Shown piece by piece: positions 27,383 through 34,688 of a stretch of DNA of 64,000 bases (position 1 is its first letter; each line of letters starts with the position of its first letter). The position numbers and the translations under genes were made by a program. Origin of the DNA: Candidatus Nanoarchaeia archaeon (GTDB lineage: Archaea; Nanobdellota; Nanobdellia; Pacearchaeales; GW2011-AR1); assembly GCA_041501125.1 (NCBI GenBank), contig JBGQNO010000002.1, positions 10,287 through 74,286 on the forward strand, read 5' to 3'. The notes below the pieces were generated by a model, which searched no databases, was not told where the DNA came from, and saw only the letters and a list, made by a program, of their open reading frames with translations.

Positions 27383-27413
27383 ATGTTAGTGTAAAATCCC
27401 TTCTTTTAAATAT
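27357..27413 (-). repeat. duplicated tRNA-Glu promoter plus 5' end (upstream copy; the partner is 26399-26456)
   Basis: ATGCCCCTGTGGTATAGTAGCCAAGT vs ATGCCCCTGTAGTCTAGCAGCCAAAT is 22/26 identical. Both copies are preceded by TTTAAAA(A) at about -28 to -22. Confidence 0.7.
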
Positions 27414-27464
27414 TTACCCTTAACTTCTTAGTCCGGAATGAAGTCTGATTAACTTAACAATGTT

Positions 27465-28010
27465 TTAAATCAGCAACAGCACCAGTATTCCTAAGACATG
27501 CAGCACATAACTTAATGGAATGAAAATACTCTGCCTGATTTTAGTAAAACCAGCAAGCATAGTTACTCCTATCTCATCAGGCAAAGGACTTGCGATGATA
27601 AATCCGGCAAATATATACATCAAATAAATCTTGAAATGTTTCTTTAAATGATGAATTGTGTGATTTTCAACTTCTCTCACCAGCTTTGTTCTTTCAAGCC
27701 TTTTAATCTCATCCATAAAAGATAATCTGATAAAATGAAATATCAGCAAATCAGAAAGCATTGCCCCAAAGCCAGCAACCAGGCTTAAAACAAAGATATG
27801 CTCAGCATTGAGAGTTACCAGCAGACCAATAGCAAACGGCGCTGTAAAACCCAAAGGCAAAAGCATTCCTGCAATAAAGATTCCGATATAACCAATATTT
27901 TCAATGCTGGATACATAACTCGAGACATCTGGATTGCTGAATATAACATACGCAAGTATAATTGCTAATACAAGTCCTGTCAGTTTTGGGTATTTATATC
28001 CAAATAACAT
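27465..28010 (-). CDS. polytopic membrane protein (DedA/VTT-like)
   Basis: 181 aa with 5-6 hydrophobic segments. The family assignment rests on weak resemblance only. Confidence 0.35.
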   Translation of the reverse strand: MLFGYKYPKLTGLVLAIILAYVIFSNPDVSSYVSSIENIGYIGIFIAGMLLPLGFTAPFAIGLLVTLNAEHIFVLSLVAGFGAMLSDLLIFHFIRLSFMDEIKRLERTKLVREVENHTIHHLKKHFKIYLMYIFAGFIIASPLPDEIGVTMLAGFTKIRQSIFIPLSYVLHVLGILVLLLI

Positions 28011-28040
28011 TTTTCCTCTTTTTGTTTTTTATAATGAATA

Positions 28041-28113
28041 TAGCCCTGCCAGGATTCGAACCTGGGTCCCAGCCTCCAGAGGGCCGGATCTTTGACCACT
28101 GGACGACAGGGCT
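28041..28113 (-). tRNA. tRNA-Gln(CUG)
   Basis: Acceptor AGCCCTG/CAGGGCT with an A1:U72 pair, anticodon arm CGGCC-CTCTGGA-GGCTG, T-arm CCAGG-TTCGAAT-CCTGG, A73. Length 73 nt, no CCA. Confidence 0.85.
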
Positions 28114-28203
28114 ATAGTTAAAGTATAAAATTGTAACTTAAAAAGTTAACCTTAGACATCCACCTTAGAAAAAATATTTAAACACCCGCTTGCAAGTTAA
28201 TCT

Positions 28204-28515
28204 ATGGGGTGGCTAATAGCAATAGTAGCATTAGTGCTATTGTTTCTTTTCCTGAGAAAATATATCGAACATAAGGTAATTGTAGTACTTCTTGTGCTGC
28301 TATTCGTGTTTCTTCTCGTCTCAGTCATATCTATAAATAGTTCAATCCAGTCCAATAGTATAGACTGGAAAAGCGCAACAGGAATTATCCAGATAGGCAA
28401 GGTCTACGGTTCATGGCTAGGACAGATGTTTACAAATCTTAAAACCATCACAGGCAATGCAGTCCACTTGAACTGGCAGGGAAATCTCCAGAATAACACT
28501 CAAATAAAAAAATGA
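28204..28515 (+). CDS. small membrane protein, paralog of the next ORF
   Basis: Two transmembrane segments. The C-terminal block YGSWLGQMFTNLKTITGNAVHLNW aligns with YIGWFQKVFKNTADITAYAVKQNW of the next ORF. Confidence 0.45.
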   Translation: MGWLIAIVALVLLFLFLRKYIEHKVIVVLLVLLFVFLLVSVISINSSIQSNSIDWKSATGIIQIGKVYGSWLGQMFTNLKTITGNAVHLNWQGNLQNNTQIKK

Positions 28516-28706
28516 AAGTCTGGATGTTTGTTATTTTCTTTCTCTTGTTCGGAGCATTTTTTATAATATCAGCAAATAATCTTGCACTGAAAAACCCAGG
28601 CACTGGAGAAGTATTTCTTGTAAAGTATATCGGCTGGTTCCAGAAAGTTTTCAAAAATACTGCAGACATAACTGCTTACGCAGTCAAGCAGAACTGGATG
28701 CCGTGA
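28512..28706 (+). CDS. small membrane protein, paralog of the previous ORF
   Basis: One N-terminal transmembrane segment and the shared C-terminal IT..AV..NW block. There is a 4-nt overlap with the previous ORF. Confidence 0.45.
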   Translation: MKVWMFVIFFLLFGAFFIISANNLALKNPGTGEVFLVKYIGWFQKVFKNTADITAYAVKQNWMP

Positions 28707-28761
28707 AAAGCCTCAGAAATTTCTAATTTCTGATGGCTATCAAAATTTAGTAAAATTTTGA

Positions 28762-28889
28762 AGCCTCAGGTGAGAATCGAACTCACGACCTCAACATGTC
28801 TGGATTACTCAGGGTAATCCTGAGCACCTTCAAAAATTTTATTTTTGAGGTTACCAATGTTGCGCTCTAACCGGCTGAGCTACTGAGGC
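28762..28889 (-). tRNA. tRNA-Thr(GGU) with a 54-nt intron at 37/38
   Basis: Acceptor GCCTCAG/CTGAGGC, D-arm GCTC-AGCCGGTTA-GAGC, anticodon stem CAACA/TGTTG, loop TTGGTA|A. Intron 28798-28851 folds into two hairpins. T-arm GTGAG-TTCGATT-CTCAC, U73. Confidence 0.85.
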
Positions 28890-29515
28890 GAATAAGAGTT
28901 TATGAAATTAATTTTATCTAAGTTTCTAAGTGGGACTCCTTTTAATATTTTCTGCATATTTCTTTTTGTAGCATAAATTTGATGATAGACATGGTTATTA
29001 TAATGCCAAGGACAAGAAGTAAATGGAATTTTGAGCTTTTTAAAAGTTTCAATACAAAAACTTGCTAAATGCTCGCTCGCAGTAGACAATCCAAAACCAT
29101 TACCCTTTTTACCACCATCAGTGTCCAACAATCCTGCTAACAAGTGAACATAATATTTCTGGGGAAGTTGAGGAATTTTTGCTATTTTTGCTTTTCTTCC
29201 AACAATATATCCTCTGTTTTCTAAAAACTGATAAATTAATTTTGATTCAATCCTGCAATTGTAAAGAGGATTTAATTTATTTTTAACTAATTCCTTTCTA
29301 GGCTTTATTCCAAAGAGCTCAGTAAACAATGGAAGGTAAACCTTATCACAAAAATCTGCAGAATTAGAAATAAAGTAAACATGGTATCTCTTTTGAAATT
29401 TGCCATTTAATCTTCTGGAAGAGGTTATAGGCAACGAGCCATCACCTAATAATAAACCAAAAAGATAAGCCAAATTTTCATTCCATCTTTTAGGAAAGAT
29501 TACTTTATTTAGCAT
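28880..29515 (-). CDS. double-motif LAGLIDADG homing endonuclease
   Basis: Motifs LAYLFGLLLGDGSL and VHLLAGLLDTDGGK. The last codons CCT CAG TAG are positions 2-10 of tRNA-Thr(GGU). Confidence 0.85.
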   Translation of the reverse strand: MLNKVIFPKRWNENLAYLFGLLLGDGSLPITSSRRLNGKFQKRYHVYFISNSADFCDKVYLPLFTELFGIKPRKELVKNKLNPLYNCRIESKLIYQFLENRGYIVGRKAKIAKIPQLPQKYYVHLLAGLLDTDGGKKGNGFGLSTASEHLASFCIETFKKLKIPFTSCPWHYNNHVYHQIYATKRNMQKILKGVPLRNLDKINFINSYSPQ

Positions 29516-29537
29516 ACCACTATTACGCTCTAATTAT

Positions 29538-29563
29538 TTATAAAGATTTGGAAATCTTTATAA
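29538..29563. promoter_or_regulatory. symmetric divergent promoter (paired TATA boxes)
   Basis: TTATAAAGATTT-GG-AAATCTTTATAA has perfect 12-nt inverted arms. Each TTTATAA lies about 27 nt from the ATG it faces (29515 on the minus strand, 29586 on the plus strand), consistent with leaderless transcripts. Confidence 0.5.
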
Positions 29564-29585
29564 GTTCTTCTCTCATCCAAGAAAA

Positions 29586-30062
29586 ATGGAAGACCTTTCC
29601 AAATTAAAAAAAAGTTACGAACATTTTCAGCAGAAATACAAGCTGCCTGGCTTCGAAGCACTCAATCATAGATTTGACATTGAAAAGCTAGCAGACCATG
29701 AAACTGATATGCTTGTTAGAGAAGTGCGAAGAGCTATAATGGAAAAAGCAGCTACCTACTTCAAGTTCATTGAAATCTTCATAAATCCAAGCGCAGCACC
29801 TATGTTCTTTGTTGCAGCCATAAAGAGAATGAATGGCATTGACCGGCAGCCTCTTGAACAGCTCTATGTAGAACTTGGCAAGCTTGAGGTAGACTCCATA
29901 GAGCTTGAAAACTCATATGACGAGAAAAAAGAAGCTGAGTTCATCAAGAAAGTCAATGAAAAATGGGATTCTATTTCAAAAAGATTTGCCGAGCTGACAA
30001 CAAAGATGAAAAAATCTTTTGAAGGCCAGGAAGAAAAGAAAGAGAAAAGCTATTTCGGATAG
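29586..30062 (+). CDS. hypothetical helical protein
   Basis: 158-aa ORF with no recognisable motif. Confidence 0.4.
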   Translation: MEDLSKLKKSYEHFQQKYKLPGFEALNHRFDIEKLADHETDMLVREVRRAIMEKAATYFKFIEIFINPSAAPMFFVAAIKRMNGIDRQPLEQLYVELGKLEVDSIELENSYDEKKEAEFIKKVNEKWDSISKRFAELTTKMKKSFEGQEEKKEKSYFG

Positions 30063-30164
30063 ACTAATTGAAAAATTCTAAAGTATATCCTTCATCATAT
30101 ATATTGCAGCATTAAATATTTTTTTAATAGAAAAATATTTAAAGCACTTACCTATATTTTTAAC

Positions 30165-30347
30165 ATGAATAAATGGCTTGAATTATTGCTAGGACTGATA
30201 CTAGTTGTCGGAACAATCGTGTTTGCACTTCAACCGTATGGATGGGGATTAGCAGCATGGGAGTTCTTCAAAGGCGGCTTGGTATGGTTCGTAGGATTGA
30301 TTGGACTTTTGTTTTTATTGCTTGGAATTTCTGACCTAAGAGAATAA
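30165..30347 (+). CDS. small two-transmembrane membrane protein
   Basis: 60 aa, MNKWLELLLGLILVVGTIVFAL...GLIGLLFLLLGISD. Confidence 0.35.
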   Translation: MNKWLELLLGLILVVGTIVFALQPYGWGLAAWEFFKGGLVWFVGLIGLLFLLLGISDLRE

Positions 30348-30619
30348 TGCACGAACTTTGTGTTCGATGCAAGGGCAGAGGACTATGCGGTAAACCGTGT
30401 CCAATTACCCAAAAGTTTTTTTCTTTTAAATTTAAAACTCATTTCTCTGGCTCATCACCGCCAGAAATATTCAAGAATAAGCCTGAAAAATTCTCCAGCA
30501 TGCGCGAGGCACTTCAAGCCTGCCAAAAAAGAATGAAACTTCCTGTTCAGATTTTTACTGAAAAATCATGGCTCATAAAAGAATTCGGCAGGCAAACTCG
30601 GCTGACTAAGTGGGTTTAA
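30347..30619 (+). pseudogene. Nre-like N-terminal zinc-finger fragment (truncated)
   Basis: CVRCKGRGLCGKPCPI...SSPPEIF resembles the N-terminus of archaeal Nre-family proteins (about 400 aa), but this ORF is only 90 aa. Confidence 0.3.
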
Positions 30620-31431
30620 TTTGTAATCACTAGGCTTTCATTTGTCTTTAAGCGCTCAAGCAACTCTTCTTTCATGTCTGGATATCCTTTCTCAAGAATC
30701 TTTCTGCCTTTTTCAGCTGTCTTTGAATCTCTAAGCAATTTGGCCAGTGTTTTCAGTCCAGCATCACTTCTCAGCATTTTTCTTGCCCATTCATCTTTGT
30801 TTTCCCATCTCTCCATCAAAGAACCATAAACTTCCTGTCCGAGTACTTGCTGTTTTACAAGATAATCCCAGGCATGCTTGTTCAAAGGAACAATTGAATA
30901 TGATTCAAGCCCTATCTGCTGCATAACCTTGACGCCATCTTCAAGCCTGTCAACATAAAAAAAAATTCTTTCAATAATTCCACCTTGTTTTTGTATTGCA
31001 GGCACCCAGAAGTCTCTTGGCGAACTGCCTTCATTGTTCAGGTCAGCAACATGAACCACTCTCTTTCCTTTTATATCAGCATCCAATATCCTGCCATCCT
31101 TGTATATTGTAAAGTGCGGGGTTTCTAATTCAACAGCAATTGGATACGAGAAAATCCAGTCTCTGGACTCACCGCCAGAAATTACATCTATTCCACGAAA
31201 CTCCACAATAGATATCATTTCTCTCAGGTCTTTTATTGCAGTCCTATAGTCTTCGCCGTTTTTAATTATCTTTTCAGCTTTAACATAATAATTTCCTATC
31301 TCACCAGAAGTATACGGCTTGAATGTGTCTGAGAATTCAAAAGCTCCATTTCTTGCAAGTCTTTCCAGATTCTGTTCCTGGATGTGCTTAAAGCGCATCT
31401 CAGTCATTCCAGTTCCTCCACCTTCTGCCAT
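30616..31431 (-). CDS. phosphoribosyltransferase-fold protein (orotate PRTase-like)
   Basis: PRPP-loop-like VVHVADLNNEGSS and an N-terminal FEFSDTFKPYTSGEIGNYYV resembling OPRT substrate-hood regions. Confidence 0.45.
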   Translation of the reverse strand: MAEGGGTGMTEMRFKHIQEQNLERLARNGAFEFSDTFKPYTSGEIGNYYVKAEKIIKNGEDYRTAIKDLREMISIVEFRGIDVISGGESRDWIFSYPIAVELETPHFTIYKDGRILDADIKGKRVVHVADLNNEGSSPRDFWVPAIQKQGGIIERIFFYVDRLEDGVKVMQQIGLESYSIVPLNKHAWDYLVKQQVLGQEVYGSLMERWENKDEWARKMLRSDAGLKTLAKLLRDSKTAEKGRKILEKGYPDMKEELLERLKTNESLVITN

Positions 31432-31484
31432 TGGAAAAATTGTTAAAAGAAGTTTATAAATATTATCTCAAAACAAAGTATATT

Positions 31485-32081
31485 TTAAGCAATCGGCTTC
31501 AGCAGAAATATCAGTCCTGTTTCTATCAAACCTGCCACGAGCAGCAAAGGCAGAATAATATAGACAAATGTTTTCAGTGCCATTTTAAAATCAGACTTCA
31601 GCATTTTTGGTTCACAGAACAATGTATAGCCAAGTCTTACTCCAAGACCCAAGGAAAAGAAAAATGCAGGAAGTTCAAATACTCCGTGTGGAAAAATTTT
31701 CCATACATCCACAAGTCCCTGTGTCCTTACAGCAGCATTCAGCACAAATCCAAGCACATATCCGTTAACAGCAGCCAGGAATAATGGGAAAATCCCAAAC
31801 AACATGCCAAACAGCAGTCCAAACAAAGAAGCCTTTACATTATTGAAGATTATAAAGCCAGCAAGCTGGAAAAAATTCTTATTTTGCGTTTGGTTAGCCA
31901 GGCTATTTATCATGTCTAATATAACATCAGTCATCAAATGAGGATATATCACTCCCAGCAAAAGAAAAGCAGCAAACATGATTGCTATTGCTATTATAAA
32001 ACTCTTTGAACTTGCAAGAAATCTTAATGACTCAATAAAGTTATTCTTTTTCTCAATCTTTCTATGTCGTATTCTCTTCAT
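31485..32081 (-). CDS. SpoIIM-like (DUF95) membrane protein
   Basis: Five transmembrane segments and the motif PHGVFELPAFFFSLGLG, typical of this family. Confidence 0.55.
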   Translation of the reverse strand: MKRIRHRKIEKKNNFIESLRFLASSKSFIIAIAIMFAAFLLLGVIYPHLMTDVILDMINSLANQTQNKNFFQLAGFIIFNNVKASLFGLLFGMLFGIFPLFLAAVNGYVLGFVLNAAVRTQGLVDVWKIFPHGVFELPAFFFSLGLGVRLGYTLFCEPKMLKSDFKMALKTFVYIILPLLLVAGLIETGLIFLLKPIA

Positions 32082-32902
32082 CTTGTTACATAATAACTTA
32101 ACATTTTAACTTTCCGCTGGTATTTAATTCTTAGCCACATGCCATAGGCAAGTCCTGCCAAAAGCCCTCCAAAATGTGCCATGTTGCCAATAGGCAATGG
32201 AACAAATATTCCTATCGCCACAAGAGGCACAATTGCTACAATCGGAAGAATCCAGAAAGGCATTTCAATTGGAAGTGCAATTCTGCTTGTTCTTGGATTA
32301 AATGAGAACATCGCAAATAAGGATACAAAAATGTATATTGTTACCAGTATGCTTATAATATTCAACAAAGCAGAATTAGAAGGAACAAATATGCTGACAA
32401 CTGATTCTGATATAATAGCGACTAACGGTCCTGCAATAAGATAAACCTTGCTATATGGCACTAATACTGCCAAAAGCCCAACTAATCCAAAAATAGCGCC
32501 TGAAGCACCAACTCCCGGTATCGCCGGGTCTCCAAAAATCTTTCCCAAAAATCCGTATCCAAAAAATCCTGAAATCATGGCAAAAAACAGCCCGGCAATT
32601 AGTCCTGCTGCAAGATAGAACCACAGAAATCTTTTTCTGCCTATGATTTTTTCCACAAAATTTCCAATAAAAAACAAAGAAAGCATATTCACAAACAAAT
32701 GTATTATACTGGCATGCATGAATACACTTGTGAAGAGCGTCCAGAGCATTTTTCCGTGGATGATATCCAAAGGTGTCAACGCAAGATAGTTCATGAAGTC
32801 TGGATTAAACATAAGAATGATAGAAGCTGCAATAAAAACTGCAACATTAATGATAATTATTTTGTTTGTAACACTCAATCCTGCCAGCGTACTTCTGTTC
32901 AT
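32078..32902 (-). CDS. rhomboid-family intramembrane serine protease
   Basis: Motifs FMHASIIHLFVNM, GASGAIFG (catalytic Ser) and AHFGGLLAG (catalytic His). Confidence 0.8.
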   Translation of the reverse strand: MNRSTLAGLSVTNKIIIINVAVFIAASIILMFNPDFMNYLALTPLDIIHGKMLWTLFTSVFMHASIIHLFVNMLSLFFIGNFVEKIIGRKRFLWFYLAAGLIAGLFFAMISGFFGYGFLGKIFGDPAIPGVGASGAIFGLVGLLAVLVPYSKVYLIAGPLVAIISESVVSIFVPSNSALLNIISILVTIYIFVSLFAMFSFNPRTSRIALPIEMPFWILPIVAIVPLVAIGIFVPLPIGNMAHFGGLLAGLAYGMWLRIKYQRKVKMLSYYVTR

Positions 32903-33588
32903 TTTCTTTTAGATTTCTTAGACTTCTTAGATTTCTTGGCTTTCTTTGCAGGCTTCATGGATTTCTTTTTCTCTTTTGCTCTCAATGCCCGGGTTTTCTT
33001 TCTCTTTTCCACAGCCTGTTTTTTCATTCTTACCTCTTCTCTCTCCCTGGACTTTAGCCTCTTCAGTTCAAATTCTGAAAGTTCAGAATTTATCACAGCA
33101 AGCTTGTTATTTATTGACTTAACCCGTGTCTTGAGCTCACTAAGAACTTTCTCGCCAGTGCTCAGCTCATAGACACTTCCACACTCAGGACATACAAAGT
33201 CATAGATAAGTGCTTGTTCTTCTGTGACTTCTGCCTTGCACACCGGACAGACAAAAAATCTCTTATTCTCCCTGATTTTTATCTGGCTTTCAAGATTTTT
33301 CAGCTCATCTTCAAGCCCTTTCTTGATATGCAGCAAAGTTTTGACAATATTTATGGTCCAAAAATAAGTGTACCATCCTTTTCTCTTGTCCTTTTTCCTT
33401 GTAAATGAAACAATTCCAAGATGTGAGAACTTATAGAGTATATTCCTTGCCTGGTTAGGCGTCAGTTTGAGTTTCTTGGCTATCAAAAACTCATTGACAT
33501 TCTTCTTGTCAAAAAGCATGCTTGCCAATTCGCCTGACTGTTTTCCAAAGATTTCGTTGACCAAAGAATCAAATAATTTTTGCTGCAT
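32899..33588 (-). CDS. tfe: transcription factor E (TFE alpha) with Lys-rich tail
   Basis: Winged helix (LTPNQARNILYKFSHLGIV), zinc ribbon CPVC...CPEC, and a C-terminal KKSKK repeat tail. Confidence 0.65.
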   Translation of the reverse strand: MQQKLFDSLVNEIFGKQSGELASMLFDKKNVNEFLIAKKLKLTPNQARNILYKFSHLGIVSFTRKKDKRKGWYTYFWTINIVKTLLHIKKGLEDELKNLESQIKIRENKRFFVCPVCKAEVTEEQALIYDFVCPECGSVYELSTGEKVLSELKTRVKSINNKLAVINSELSEFELKRLKSREREEVRMKKQAVEKRKKTRALRAKEKKKSMKPAKKAKKSKKSKKSKRK

Positions 33589-33690
33589 GTAGATTTCCAG
33601 ATGCCACTTAAATAAATACCTTTCGTTTTAAACAGTTACTACTACATAATTTATATAAAACTATATATACAAAATTCAGAGAATAGCTTT

Positions 33691-34188
33691 ATGGGTTGGT
33701 TCAAAAAAGAGAGGAAAAGCGAATTGCCAGAACTTCCAGAACTGCCCTCAATGCCTATGCCACAATCGATTGAAGAGAGGCGTGTTCCTTCTTTACCCTC
33801 ATTTCCATCATCTACTACGGGTGAAAGGATAAGCCGCGATACAGTAAAGCAGATTATCTCGCGTGAGGAAGAGAATGAAGAACTTCCAGAAACCGAAGAG
33901 ATGGAAGAGACAGAAGAAGAGCAGGAAAGACCATCACGAATGCAATTTGAAGGCAGAACATGCAAGAAAGAAAAAGGCCCTATTTTTATCCAGATTGGAA
34001 GATATCATGATATTCTGAAAGCACTTGAAGAAGCAAAAAGCAAGATAAAGGACATCTCAAGCGCGATTGATAGGTTAAAGGAAATAAAGGAGAAAGAAGA
34101 GACTGAATTGCAAGAATGGGAAACAGAGATTCTAGAAGTAAAGGAAAGGCTGGACAAAGTCGACAGCACAATATTCAAAAACCTGTAG
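33691..34188 (+). CDS. acidic coiled-coil protein, hypothetical
   Basis: 165 aa with an ELPELPELP N-terminus, a Glu-rich linker and a C-terminal coiled coil. Confidence 0.4.
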   Translation: MGWFKKERKSELPELPELPSMPMPQSIEERRVPSLPSFPSSTTGERISRDTVKQIISREEENEELPETEEMEETEEEQERPSRMQFEGRTCKKEKGPIFIQIGRYHDILKALEEAKSKIKDISSAIDRLKEIKEKEETELQEWETEILEVKERLDKVDSTIFKNL

Positions 34189-34586
34189 CTGCGCCTTTGC
34201 ATGTAGGACTGGAAGTGAATGAAGCAGTTGCTTATGAACAGGATATTCTTAATTCTAAGATTGCTTTGATTAGAGCTGGCCAAAAACTGAAAAATTATAA
34301 GGCCTTAAGAAAAGAAGAGCTCGAGAAACGCATGGAATTGAAGCATCTTGCAAGAAGCGTGGATGTTGCAATGAAAATAATTCAGGATAATCTGCCAGTA
34401 GTTAAGAGTCTTTGCGAGAAGCCAAAGAAGCACAAGCCTCAGAGAGCTAAGGCAAAACTCATTGCATCAAAGCTCATGCCAGAACCGAAACAGGTGTCAG
34501 AAGCCAAAGAGACAAAGCCTAGGCTGTCAGCCATGGAACTTGAACTTCTGGACATAAAAAAGAAACTCTCGCATCTTCAGGGCTAG
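34116..34586 (+). CDS. coiled-coil protein, hypothetical (start uncertain)
   Basis: This ORF overlaps the previous gene by 73 nt in another frame. Possible internal TTG or GTG starts lie just after the upstream stop. Confidence 0.35.
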   Translation: MGNRDSRSKGKAGQSRQHNIQKPVAAPLHVGLEVNEAVAYEQDILNSKIALIRAGQKLKNYKALRKEELEKRMELKHLARSVDVAMKIIQDNLPVVKSLCEKPKKHKPQRAKAKLIASKLMPEPKQVSEAKETKPRLSAMELELLDIKKKLSHLQG

Positions 34587-34688
34587 TAATTCAATAGTTT
34601 TTTAAAACATCAAAAATCCCAAAGATTTTGTGGCTTTAAAAATTCTGGTTATAGGAGAATTTTTAAAATCATCAAGTTTATTCATTCT

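Noticed and set aside
31431-33172. Plus-strand ORFs of 117, 87 and 157 aa opposite the SpoIIM-like, rhomboid and TFE genes.
   Set aside because: They lie antisense to motif-supported genes. The 157-aa product is a low-complexity Phe/Leu/Ser string mirroring the Lys-rich TFE tail.
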